Shown in pieces: positions 14,085 through 23,320 of a stretch of DNA of 64,000 nucleotides. The position numbers and the translations under genes are program-made. The notes below the pieces were generated by a model that worked only from the letters and a program-made list of their open reading frames with translations, was not told the origin of the DNA and made no database searches. Position 1 is the first letter of the stretch, and every line of letters starts with the position of its first letter. The stretch is from a virus, in IMG/VR virus record IMGVR_UViG_3300042987_002978, positions 32,001 to 96,000 of that record. One strand, written 5' to 3'.

Positions 14085-14642
14085 TTAGGCGGAAAGCCCA
14101 GTCGCCGCTTCGCGCAGCGTGATGGTGCCGAATCCGAGACCGCTCGCGATGGGGAGGATGGCCTCCGCGTCGAACGACGGTGTCGAGAAGTTGTCGGTCG
14201 AACCCGACATCAGCGTGCCACCAGTAATCTGGCACTTGTTGAGGACGAACACCATTTCGGCGAGGTCGCTCTCCAAGTCGTTCACCAGCACTTCAATCTT
14301 GAAGTACGGGAGGCTGTCACCGTCGAACTCGTACGAGGCGGCCTCAGCCGAGCCAGAGCCCGACGTGCCGACCGAACCACCGAACAACGTCGCAAGGACG
14401 CCGAGGCTGAGTTCGCTGTAGGTGGCCGAGAAGTTCAGACGGTCGACTTTGCCTTTCTTGGCAAGAACCTTTCCGTCACCCTTCAACTCGACGCTGATGA
14501 AGTTCGGCTCAACCGAAACTTCCTGAATGCCGGGGACATCGACGGCCGCGCCGTAAGTGATGCCACCAGTTGCATCTGCAGTGACGGGGTAGACCTTGCA
14601 GTCATGAACGTCAAATGAGATTGTGGATGTTGATGCAGCCAT
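14085..14642 (-). CDS. Major tail (tube) protein
   Basis: 185 aa, TYGAAVDVPGIQEVSVEP...LKGDG, PYFKIEV; strong AGGAG RBS; upstream of chaperone and TMP. Confidence 0.85.
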   Translation of the reverse strand: MAASTSTISFDVHDCKVYPVTADATGGITYGAAVDVPGIQEVSVEPNFISVELKGDGKVLAKKGKVDRLNFSATYSELSLGVLATLFGGSVGTSGSGSAEAASYEFDGDSLPYFKIEVLVNDLESDLAEMVFVLNKCQITGGTLMSGSTDNFSTPSFDAEAILPIASGLGFGTITLREAATGLSA

Positions 14643-14731
14643 TGTTATGACTCCTTTTTTTGCTCTGCTAGTCGTGTCGTTTCCGACACGGTTGAAGTCT
14701 CACACGTTTGTGTGTATAGACGAAGTATTCT

Positions 14732-15613
14732 CTACGGATTTATCTTCGCCCACGTCTTGTGGTTGACGATTCCCGTTGCTTCGAGTCCAACTTTTGTTTG
14801 GAACTCTTTCACTGCCGCCTGTGTCTTCGGACCGAAATCTCCGTCAGTGGCGCACTTGACTCCTGCTTTATTGAGAAGTTCTTGCAATGTGCGAACTGCA
14901 CCTCCCTTTGAGCCGAGTTGAAGAACCGGATTTGTGGCAGCATTCGCTTTGCCGCGCTTGACGGCGGCATCGGCATTTCCTGCCGGAGCAGCGGGAGCAG
15001 CCGGAGCAGCGGCTTTCGGCGCTTCTGGTGCTGGCGTTGGAGCGGGAGCGGGTGCGGCCGCTTGACCCGGAGCACATGCCTCTGTCGGATTGGCATCCAT
15101 CCAAGCCTTCACGGCTTCCGGAACGTTGTCACCTTCCGTATAACGAATGTGCCATGGTTCCTCTGGGACCACTTCCCAACTCCACCCGAACTTTGCGCAG
15201 TTGGCAATCATCCACTGCAAACGCGCACCACTTGCGGTATGAACATCACAGGCCAAACCGCTGTTGTGCTGCGATGTGCCCGGTGCAGCCAAGGGAGCCA
15301 TCCCTTTCTTGAGCCAGTATTTCTTGCCCTCAAAGGTACGAGTCGACTGACCTGGGATTTCATGGTCAACATAGCGTTGATTGAAAGCCGTCAATTGGGC
15401 ATCGTAGGAGCGGTACAGGTCACCTGCCGAAGTCGGCTTGAGTTCAACACCTTCAGCAGCCGCAGCGGCCTTCATGGCTTTCCAAGCATTTGCCGCGCGC
15501 CAGTGGAGTTTGCCGCCATCGACTTTGGCGAGGATGGCTTCCGGCAAACGACCCGGCTTGTGGCCTGCGACGTCAGCGGGCGGGGTGACTTTCTTGATGT
15601 ACAGTTCCGACAT
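14732..15613 (-). CDS. Endolysin: M15 (VanY-like) peptidase + Pro/Ala linker + peptidoglycan-binding domain
   Basis: YRSYDAQ, APGTSQHNSGLACD, EEPWH zinc-peptidase motifs; C-terminal LQLGSKGGAVRTLQ...DGDFGPKTQAAVKEFQ PG_binding_1. Confidence 0.92.
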   Translation of the reverse strand: MSELYIKKVTPPADVAGHKPGRLPEAILAKVDGGKLHWRAANAWKAMKAAAAAEGVELKPTSAGDLYRSYDAQLTAFNQRYVDHEIPGQSTRTFEGKKYWLKKGMAPLAAPGTSQHNSGLACDVHTASGARLQWMIANCAKFGWSWEVVPEEPWHIRYTEGDNVPEAVKAWMDANPTEACAPGQAAAPAPAPTPAPEAPKAAAPAAPAAPAGNADAAVKRGKANAATNPVLQLGSKGGAVRTLQELLNKAGVKCATDGDFGPKTQAAVKEFQTKVGLEATGIVNHKTWAKINP

Positions 15614-15622
15614 TGCTATCTC

Positions 15623-15871
15623 CTAAGCGTGTGGGGGGTTGTCTTGTTCGACTTTGCTGAATACCTGGTTCACTTCTTCTTCCGACAACTTTCCGTCAGT
15701 GAGGAATGCACGTGCCAATCCTTCAAGCACATTCGCCACGCCGCCGATTCCGGCCATAAACACGGCCTTTTCCATCGACACGCCAGCAATGGTGCCGGCG
15801 CCAATGACGCCAAGACCAGTCACGATGAAGGTCGCGAAGATTCTCAGGATTACGTTTTTGATGAGTTCCAT
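15623..15871 (-). CDS. Putative holin (2 TM)
   Basis: 82 aa, two hydrophobic helices, DGKLSEEEVNQVF tail; directly upstream of the endolysin. Confidence 0.65.
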   Translation of the reverse strand: MELIKNVILRIFATFIVTGLGVIGAGTIAGVSMEKAVFMAGIGGVANVLEGLARAFLTDGKLSEEEVNQVFSKVEQDNPPHA

Positions 15872-15887
15872 GTTCTGTCAGCCAGAT

Positions 15888-15924
15888 TGTGCGCCCGGCG
15901 GAGTGTTTACGCACCGGGCGCACA
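15888..15924. promoter_or_regulatory. Hairpin between two small membrane genes of the lysis cassette
   Basis: TGTGCGCCCGG...CCGGGCGCACA perfect 11-bp inverted repeat. Confidence 0.5.
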
Positions 15925-15941
15925 CTCCGAGGTAGCGATAC

Positions 15942-16166
15942 CTACTTCTTGGCCTTCTCCTTTGTAGTTTCAGGTTTCTTCGCGAGGAACGATGCGACGG
16001 AAGGGTCGCCGACCTTCGTGCTTGCCAACGCAAGTGCGTAGGCAGCGAGCGGCATCAAGAGAGCAGTAAGTGTCGGGTCAACGTTGTACTTATCGCACAG
16101 ATAGACGACGACGCCGAGCGCTCCGCCTTTGACGACCTGGTCAAAACTCTGGCTCTTCTTGTCCAT
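15942..16166 (-). CDS. Small membrane protein (holin/antiholin candidate)
   Basis: MDKKSQ start with AAGGAG RBS; 2 hydrophobic segments; basic C-terminus. Confidence 0.6.
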   Translation of the reverse strand: MDKKSQSFDQVVKGGALGVVVYLCDKYNVDPTLTALLMPLAAYALALASTKVGDPSVASFLAKKPETTKEKAKK

Positions 16167-16240
16167 GGATTGCTCCTTTGTTGAGGGCCACATCGGCCGC
16201 TTACAGTCTCAACGAAGGATGCGTATAGTCGGACTATGGT

Positions 16241-18430
16241 CTAGTCGCTTTTCTTCTCCATCAATCTCTTCATCAAATCCTTGACAAGTGACTGCTGCTC
16301 GATTTCGTCGCCTTCGGTCACTGCGTCGACGACGGAACGCTTCGCGTCGACCAAATCGTAAATGTCTTCGTCAATTGTTCCGGAGGCAAGCAAGTACCAG
16401 GCCTGCACATTGTTCTTTTGTCCGATTCTGTGGCAACGGTCTTCTGCCTGGTCGTGCTCGCCGGGAGTCCAACCCATCTGGACGAAGACAACGTCGGAGC
16501 CTGCCGTCAATGTGATACCTACTCCACCAGCCTGAAGGTTGAGGACGATGACTCTTGCGGAAGGGTCAGTCTGGAATGCATCGACCGCTGCCTGTCTTTC
16601 TTCGAGTGAGTCGCGCCCGCTGATTCTCAGATTGCCGTACTTCTCGGCAAGATGGTCGACCACGTCGATGTTGTGGGCAAACACAACAAGTTTGCGGTCA
16701 CACGATTCAAGGAACGAATCAATCCATTCCTCGACTGCGTCCATCTTCGCCCATGCGGCGAGGCGCTTAAGTACTTGGGTTCGCGCCAGATGCTCGCCTG
16801 AGTCTTTTGCCTTGTAGCCGTTCTCTCGCAAGAACAGAACGAGGTCATCTTCTGCCGATGAGTAATCTTTGTAACCTTTTCCGGCCACGTCGAGGTGAAC
16901 GATGTTGCGGCTCTTTTCGGGAAGTTCCTTCAGGACTTCGTCTTTGGTCCTGCGGATGTAGCAGTTCTGCCTGAGTTTGGTATTGAGTTCAATCAGGTTG
17001 CTTGCTCCGCTTGTATCCCAGCCGAATCCGTTGTGGTAGGCGCCTGCATAACGCTTGAGGAACGCCCATTTACCGCCGAAGCGGCCCAGCATCCCCATGA
17101 TTTCCAATTGGCTCACAAGTTCAGACGGGCGATTGGTCACCGGCGTTCCGGACAGCAGTAGAACGCTGCCCGAATTTGGGACCATCTCGGCTATGTCCTT
17201 TGCCGCCTTGGTGCGCTTGGACGAGGCGGTCTTGACATAGTGGGACTCGTCCAGCACCAGCCCGTTGATTCCTAAGTGTTCTATTGCCTCCACGAATTTG
17301 TACAAAATGTCGTAGTTCACTACGTTCACATCGCAAGCAACTATATCCGTCTTGCCGGACACGATATTGACCGTTCGGTGCGGCAGCCACTTGTTTATTT
17401 CTCGCCTCCAGTTCTCCTTGAGCGAGGCGGGACAGACTATGACCGCAGGAAACGCATCGCGCATTTCCAGTGTTGCTATCGCTTCTACGGTCTTGCCAAG
17501 GCCCATTTGGTCAGCGACAAGACACCTTCCGACAGAAGACGCATAGGCGACACCAGCCTTCTGGTACGGCATCAGAGTTCCGGAAAGATTCGGGACATGG
17601 ATGTCGGCGTCGGTTGAAGCCGACTTTTCAAGCAGTTCTGCCTCGCGTTTCGCCGAAGTCAACAGAGTCTTGCGCAGACTCTCCGACATTGAGAATCCGT
17701 ACTTGTCCGCTATCTCCACGACCGACAAGACGGGTGGGGTGGACCAAACCTTTTTCTTTGCGTCCCACAGCCGACCTGGGATGTTCTTGATGTCGGCGAC
17801 AATGTCCGGGTGGTAGGCGAACTCAAAGAGCAGGCGCCCGCTCTTGGACGTTGTTATCTTGCGGTCTTCTATTTGTGTTTGTTGCATTGTTGTGTTCATA
17901 TGGTTGAGTTCTTCCGATGGGACGAATCCGTATTGAGAGACCAGTTTAGCGACTTGTTCGGAACTGGACAAGGGTGCCACCCAAACGAGTGCTTTATTGT
18001 TCCACGAGACTCCGGGTATTTTCCTGATTTCCTCAATCAACTGCTCGTCATATTCGCAGCGCACGACGAACAGTTCCCCGTTGCTCGACACGGTATTCCG
18101 CGCTGCCGCATTTGTCGAAGACACCATTTCGTTGAATCCATGAGTGAAATCATCCGGTCGCATCGGTGCAGGAATCTGGTCGTACTCGATTCCCAGCCCG
18201 GAAAGTTGGGTCTGATACTTGGCGAGCATTTTCCACGCTTCGTAGACGACCACAGAATTCCACTTCGATACCGGGATGAGGGCCAGCATCGTGCCGTACC
18301 GTGCGTCGGCCTTGTTGAATCCGATTCCGTCCGTCGACTCTGCGCCGTCACAAATTCCGGCAAGCGTGCGTATTGCTTTTGCAAGCAGTGACGCGTCGTA
18401 GCCGTCTATTTGTCGGTCAGGTTCGCCCAC
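16241..18430 (-). CDS. SNF2-family helicase, SMARCAL1-like with two HARP-like domains
   Basis: LMPYQKAGV, ADQMGLGKT, LDESH, LSGTP.N, QAEDRCHRIGQ motifs; start placed at GTG 18430 (the ORF-track start overlaps another gene). Confidence 0.9.
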   Translation of the reverse strand: MGEPDRQIDGYDASLLAKAIRTLAGICDGAESTDGIGFNKADARYGTMLALIPVSKWNSVVVYEAWKMLAKYQTQLSGLGIEYDQIPAPMRPDDFTHGFNEMVSSTNAAARNTVSSNGELFVVRCEYDEQLIEEIRKIPGVSWNNKALVWVAPLSSSEQVAKLVSQYGFVPSEELNHMNTTMQQTQIEDRKITTSKSGRLLFEFAYHPDIVADIKNIPGRLWDAKKKVWSTPPVLSVVEIADKYGFSMSESLRKTLLTSAKREAELLEKSASTDADIHVPNLSGTLMPYQKAGVAYASSVGRCLVADQMGLGKTVEAIATLEMRDAFPAVIVCPASLKENWRREINKWLPHRTVNIVSGKTDIVACDVNVVNYDILYKFVEAIEHLGINGLVLDESHYVKTASSKRTKAAKDIAEMVPNSGSVLLLSGTPVTNRPSELVSQLEIMGMLGRFGGKWAFLKRYAGAYHNGFGWDTSGASNLIELNTKLRQNCYIRRTKDEVLKELPEKSRNIVHLDVAGKGYKDYSSAEDDLVLFLRENGYKAKDSGEHLARTQVLKRLAAWAKMDAVEEWIDSFLESCDRKLVVFAHNIDVVDHLAEKYGNLRISGRDSLEERQAAVDAFQTDPSARVIVLNLQAGGVGITLTAGSDVVFVQMGWTPGEHDQAEDRCHRIGQKNNVQAWYLLASGTIDEDIYDLVDAKRSVVDAVTEGDEIEQQSLVKDLMKRLMEKKSD

Positions 18431-18876
18431 AGCCTTATGTCGTGCGGTTCGGCGGTGTAATCGCCTTCGAACGATGCCCTTTTGTGCTCGACTATTGCCT
18501 TTACCAAGCGGGCATTTTCCTCCACGACATTGAGCGAATCCATGTTGCTCAAAATCGTCTTGACTTCCGACAGTCGCTTGTTGATGCCGTTGCGATAGCG
18601 CTGAGCCTTGCGCAACCACTCGTCGAACTTGAGTTTCTCTTCCGCGAAATCTTCAGGATTGGTGAGGCCAAGTTCCACGTCTCTGGCGAGCATGTCAATG
18701 CGCGTCTTGTGAAAGACCATCTGTGAATCAGAGTCTGACAAGGCTGTAATTAGCGCATGACACCACGCGAGTCTGTTCTCCTCGTCATGAAGCCAAGCGA
18801 TTTCTTCTGAAGTAGCGTCTCCCTTGCATTCGCGTTTTGCCATGTCAAGGACGTCTTTGTTGGGCAGCATTTTCAC
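18406..18876 (-). CDS. Hypothetical helical protein
   Basis: Good codon usage, RBS-like GAGG, coupled to the helicase. Confidence 0.7.
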   Translation of the reverse strand: MKMLPNKDVLDMAKRECKGDATSEEIAWLHDEENRLAWCHALITALSDSDSQMVFHKTRIDMLARDVELGLTNPEDFAEEKLKFDEWLRKAQRYRNGINKRLSEVKTILSNMDSLNVVEENARLVKAIVEHKRASFEGDYTAEPHDIRLWANLTDK

Positions 18877-18925
18877 CTCGTTGGGTAGTTGTGTTGTCCG
18901 TCTAGTCTACAGACGAACGGGGTGA

Positions 18926-21900
18926 TTACTCGGTATCCGGCTCTTTCATGTGCAGCCACATCGCCGCGGCAATGGCAAGAACCGTCGATATTCCGGCAAT
19001 TTTCTGAATAGGCCCGGACAAAGTTAAATAAACGACAAGTGAGCCCGCAATCGTGAAGCCCATGTTCATGAGCCCGTACGAGAACTTCTTGAAGAATGCT
19101 TTCCAGTCCATCACTTTCACCCCATTTACGTACTTAAAGATGCTGATGTTCTTTATCCAATCTAAACCATCGCCGGCAATCTCGCCTTGAGGCTCTTCCT
19201 CGTCATCCTCTCGTCTAGCCGCAGTGTCCTGTCGCGTGCTCGGCGCACTTGGGCCAGACGATGAAGGTGAGCCACCCGACATTCCGCCAGTCGCTGTCAT
19301 TGAAACGGCAGCAGCAGACGTGAGCAGTCCCGCTGCGATGACCGTGCGGCGCTCTCCGACGCTGATGTTCTGGTTCAACATCTTGTATCCGTCAAATGCG
19401 CCTTGGAACAAGTCCACGACATCCTCAAAGACTTCACGGACATCAGAGGGTGCTTCCTGGACCGCGTCCACGATTTGCTCGGCAACTTCTTCTGTAAGTT
19501 GCTCTGCCTCGACGCTCTCAAATACCTGTGCGGCCTGTTCCGTACTGACCGACTCAAGAACGGCAGGATTGGAGGCAAGAGTTGCTGCTACTTCTTGACT
19601 GACCCCAGCCTCGATTACAGCGGCCACCACGGCCACGATTTGTTCTTTCTGCTCTTCTGTCAAGGACTTGGGGTCTTCCACTTTGGTGATTGCCTCGATT
19701 ACCTCGGCCACCACCTCAGCAACCCTGTCTTCGGGGACGGAATCAATCAGGTCAGCCACGACTTCTGCCGTCTCTTCGGGGGAGGCGTCCTCCAGTTCGG
19801 AAACTGCCTCTTCTACGGCTTCAGAAACCTCAGACTCTGGCTCTGGTACCGTTGTTTCTGGTGAGACAGGTTCTGGGTCTTCTTGCTCTTGGGGCAACAC
19901 TGTTGTTTCAGTTGGCTGTTCTTCTTGCTCTGGCTCTACGGGGTCCTCTGGAAGAGTCGTATCTGGAGAAACATCAGCAGGGGTAGACGGTGTTGTTGTT
20001 TCGGGCTCTTCGACAGGCTCTGGTGTCGTGGTGGTCGTTGAATCGGTCTCTTCGGGAATGGTCGTCTCAACAGGCTCAGGCTGAGTGGTCGTCGTCGTCT
20101 CAGGCTCAGGCTCAGGCTCGGTCGTTGTTGTCGGAGGAACAGTCGTTATCGGGGGAGGCGCTTCCGTCGTCGTTGGAGCGGGGGCTTGGGTCGTAGTCGT
20201 CTGAGGAGCAGGGGCGACAGTCGTCGTAGTAGTGCTGGTCGTGGTAGTAGTCGTGGTACTGGTCGTCGTGGTCGTGGTGGTCGTCGAAGTAGTGGGGTCA
20301 ACCACCGTCACGTCGACAGTCGAGTACGGCCCGTATGTGCATGAGCCTTGGCCTTCGCCAACACATGCAGCGCTTCCGGCGCGAACCTTGAATCTGACAG
20401 GTCCGTATCCGGTGGTTCCCGGAAATTGATACGAACCGACCACATAGGCGGTATTCGTGGCGTATGTCCACACACCCCAGCCGCCAGACTCGACATTATT
20501 GTTCAAGTCGAACCAACTGACGTCGTACATGTGCGGTGAAAGATTGCCTGAGGCTGGGGCATCCCAATCAAGAGAAACGCTTCCGTCTTGGTTGGCCGAA
20601 CCTGTCAAGTTTTGAACTTGATTAAAATACGGGACAACCGTAGTCGTAGTTGTAGTCGTAGTGGTCGTAGTGGTTGTTGTGGTTGTTGTAAAAGTTGGAT
20701 TCGGGTCGACAACGCTCGCCACCGCAGTTGAATTGCTGTAGCGGAGCATGTCAACAAAGTAAATGTCTCCTTCTGCCGGAAGGGAGAATGACGAAATAAT
20801 CTTGCCGTTTCCGTTGAAGTAAATCTCTTTGTAATAGCCAGGTGCTTGGCAGGTCGAGCATCCTGCTGTCAATACCGAGTTTCCAATGGTAAATGTTGTG
20901 GTTGTTCCGTCTGAATATGTCACAGTTCCAGTTGCATCACCGTTCTTCGCCCCGACACGGAAGTAAAAACTTCTTGGAGTTGCCGATGATGGAAGTGTGA
21001 ACAGCGCTGACTGCGACGGGTTGCCGGCATACACGGCAACACCGGTCGTGCCGTAACCGTTGTTCATGTTTGCGTAATACCAACCTGATTGATTGCTTGA
21101 CGTGAGCGCACTTCCATTCACTGAAACCGTCACTCCAGTTGTCGGTCCTGGACCCTCAAAATCCTCCGTTGTTTCCGTTCCGGTGCCAGGAGAGGGAACA
21201 GTCGTGCTCGTAGTGGTCGTTGTCGTTGGCGCAGGCGCAGTCACGGTGATGTTCATTGATTCGCTTACCACGATGCTTGACGGCATGTTGTATTCAGCGA
21301 CATAACCTCCGACGCTTGACCAGGAATCGGGAAGGTCGTTCCAGCAGTTGCCGCCACTCCATTTGGTGACAGCGGCATCCTCGTTGCCTGAGTTGTTGGG
21401 CTCGCCACCGCACCACTTGGCGTAGTTCCCGCCTTGTGCAGACCCGTTGCTAACGCCGCGCCAGACAAGCGTTCCTTGTTCAGGAGAGCCGTCGTATGGG
21501 TCAAGAACCCAGTCACCTTCGACTGCCCTGTCGGAAAGGGCTATCCAGATGTTGTACGCACCTTGGATTTTGCTGAGGACGAACTCGTGTTCCGCGTCGG
21601 ATGTGATGGTCACCAAATAGCCATTTACTCCGCTGATTGTTCTTGTCCGCGCCGCTGTCCTTGCATTCAAGTAACTGATGTTCCCTTGGACAAATTCATA
21701 CAAATGGCCGTTAAAAAATGCAGTGTTGTTGACTTTCTCAGATACCTCAATAGTCAATGTTGCGGAACCAGCCGTCGCGCCAGAATCCAGAGTCATCGCA
21801 TCAAGCGCCGTATTGATGTTCGTTTGATTGCCAGTGAAATTGATTTGCGAAGTGTTGGTCCAAGACGTGTACCCAGACTCAAGCGTCAATCCAGTCGTCG

Positions 21901-22159
21901 TCGGCAAGTTGACCTTCGCAGCAGTTGAGCCAGAAACAGTGATGCTCACCAAAAGATTGGCGGATTCACTAAAGCCAGAAACTTGAAAATCATCACTGAG
22001 GGCAAGCCCGTTTTGGCCGCTGACAGTTGTTATGTCAGAAGGTGCCGCAACGGACTCTCCCGCAGCGTTCGCTGTTTTCAGAGGTGTGCCAAAACTGAAA
22101 AGCATGCACATGAAACACGTCAACCAAATCAGTGCTTCGAACGGTCTGCGCCTCAACAT
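18926..22159 (-). CDS. Large membrane-anchored surface protein: signal peptide, Ig-like, C-type lectin, FN3, Thr/Pro mucin-like stalk, acidic helical region, 2 C-terminal TM
   Basis: NGHLYEFV...GYLVTITS..EHEFV...IWIALSD...WCGGEPNN...WNDLP (CLECT); VSLDWDAP...FKVRAG (FN3); poly-Thr tracts. Confidence 0.85.
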   Translation of the reverse strand: MLRRRPFEALIWLTCFMCMLFSFGTPLKTANAAGESVAAPSDITTVSGQNGLALSDDFQVSGFSESANLLVSITVSGSTAAKVNLPTTTGLTLESGYTSWTNTSQINFTGNQTNINTALDAMTLDSGATAGSATLTIEVSEKVNNTAFFNGHLYEFVQGNISYLNARTAARTRTISGVNGYLVTITSDAEHEFVLSKIQGAYNIWIALSDRAVEGDWVLDPYDGSPEQGTLVWRGVSNGSAQGGNYAKWCGGEPNNSGNEDAAVTKWSGGNCWNDLPDSWSSVGGYVAEYNMPSSIVVSESMNITVTAPAPTTTTTTSTTVPSPGTGTETTEDFEGPGPTTGVTVSVNGSALTSSNQSGWYYANMNNGYGTTGVAVYAGNPSQSALFTLPSSATPRSFYFRVGAKNGDATGTVTYSDGTTTTFTIGNSVLTAGCSTCQAPGYYKEIYFNGNGKIISSFSLPAEGDIYFVDMLRYSNSTAVASVVDPNPTFTTTTTTTTTTTTTTTTTVVPYFNQVQNLTGSANQDGSVSLDWDAPASGNLSPHMYDVSWFDLNNNVESGGWGVWTYATNTAYVVGSYQFPGTTGYGPVRFKVRAGSAACVGEGQGSCTYGPYSTVDVTVVDPTTSTTTTTTTTSTTTTTTTSTTTTTVAPAPQTTTTQAPAPTTTEAPPPITTVPPTTTTEPEPEPETTTTTQPEPVETTIPEETDSTTTTTPEPVEEPETTTPSTPADVSPDTTLPEDPVEPEQEEQPTETTVLPQEQEDPEPVSPETTVPEPESEVSEAVEEAVSELEDASPEETAEVVADLIDSVPEDRVAEVVAEVIEAITKVEDPKSLTEEQKEQIVAVVAAVIEAGVSQEVAATLASNPAVLESVSTEQAAQVFESVEAEQLTEEVAEQIVDAVQEAPSDVREVFEDVVDLFQGAFDGYKMLNQNISVGERRTVIAAGLLTSAAAVSMTATGGMSGGSPSSSGPSAPSTRQDTAARREDDEEEPQGEIAGDGLDWIKNISIFKYVNGVKVMDWKAFFKKFSYGLMNMGFTIAGSLVVYLTLSGPIQKIAGISTVLAIAAAMWLHMKEPDTE

Positions 22160-22207
22160 AGCAGGAAGAATAAATCTTCCGGCTAGATAGTGTTTATAAT
22201 TGCGCGA

Positions 22208-23320
22208 TTATAGTTTCGCTATCTTGTTAAAGACTTCTATCCACTGCGACGCTGTTTGTTTGATGGAAAACTGTTTGGACACTATCGTTCTTGCTCTTCT
22301 TGACTCTTCTTCTCGTTTAGCAAGATTCAGGAACGAATCAAGGTGATTTTCCCATTCTTGTTGTGATGAGGCGACTCGGCCCACCCCAGCATTGGCAAGG
22401 TACTCGTACTCCGGAAGATTTGATGCGACAAAAGGAATTCCTGCCGCCGCATACTCAAGACCTTTTATGAATGACTTGGCTCGATTGAACGGTATGTCGT
22501 TTAGCGGGACGATTCCGATATCAAAATTTGCGTAGACATTGGGCAAGTCGTAGAGCGGCACCATGGGACTGACGGAGCACAAATCGGGGTTTATCTTGAG
22601 CCTCAGATAGGCAGGACCAGCCCAAGGGATGTGTCCTGCATGGTGGAAACGGGCATCGCGACTGGTCAGATATTCGTTGAAGAACGGCGATATCTGCTCA
22701 AGGTCCATGGACCGCCACGGCGTGGCACCGAGCCACCCAATTATCGGCTTGCGCTTCACCGTCCTGAATCGAGTCCATCTTTCTATGTCAATGGCGTTGC
22801 GGACCATGAATATGGGCTTCTTGGGGTATTTCTTTTTGTAGTACTGCTCTATGAATGGCGTAGAGCAGATTAGGGCGTCGGCGTTCTTGATTATCTCCGC
22901 GTAAATCTCCCTGTTGCTTTCTTTGGATTTTGCAGGGTCGGTCGACCTATAGGCGTGGTTTGTTTCGTGCAGTTCTTCGTGAAGGTCGTCGATATCTACC
23001 ACGATTTTTTGACCGATGGCTTTTGCTTTCGGCATCGCCTCAAGGGTCTGTGCCGACATGATTACCTTGAGAACGATTATTCCGTGCCTGTGCGAAAACG
23101 TGTCGTTCAGCCGCTTGATGACGAACTTACCGTTTGGCTTTATGGACAAGAACCCGAAACTTGCGTGGATTCCGGCAAGATTCAACTGCTGTGCCGGAAG
23201 TATGCACCTGTACCACGTGCAGCCGTTCGGTACGTATTGGTCTTCGTCTCTTCCCCAATCGAGCGAAGCAAACCCGACGCTGAACGTAAGTCCTTCGTCT
23301 TTGAAAACGTGGCGATTCAT
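22208..23320 (-). CDS. Glycosyltransferase (GT-B, GT4-like), paralog 2
   Basis: GCTWYRC, VVDIDD, IGWLGA, DIGIVPL..FNRAKSFIKGLEYAAAGIPFVAS. Confidence 0.9.
   Translation of the reverse strand: MNRHVFKDEGLTFSVGFASLDWGRDEDQYVPNGCTWYRCILPAQQLNLAGIHASFGFLSIKPNGKFVIKRLNDTFSHRHGIIVLKVIMSAQTLEAMPKAKAIGQKIVVDIDDLHEELHETNHAYRSTDPAKSKESNREIYAEIIKNADALICSTPFIEQYYKKKYPKKPIFMVRNAIDIERWTRFRTVKRKPIIGWLGATPWRSMDLEQISPFFNEYLTSRDARFHHAGHIPWAGPAYLRLKINPDLCSVSPMVPLYDLPNVYANFDIGIVPLNDIPFNRAKSFIKGLEYAAAGIPFVASNLPEYEYLANAGVGRVASSQQEWENHLDSFLNLAKREEESRRARTIVSKQFSIKQTASQWIEVFNKIAKL

Noticed and set aside
14918-15967. 349-aa plus-strand ORF; likewise 46220-47281, 24007-24696 and 29831-30493
   Set aside because: Antisense to well-supported genes, with no recognisable motifs; expected in GC-rich coding DNA.
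18431-18619. N-terminal extension of the helicase in the ORF track
   Set aside because: Overlaps the preceding gene in another frame and has junk-like composition; GTG at 18430 is preferred.
20190-20700. ACN-rich Thr tracts as a contingency microsatellite
   Set aside because: Codons are mixed and in frame; consistent with protein-level linker selection rather than phase variation.
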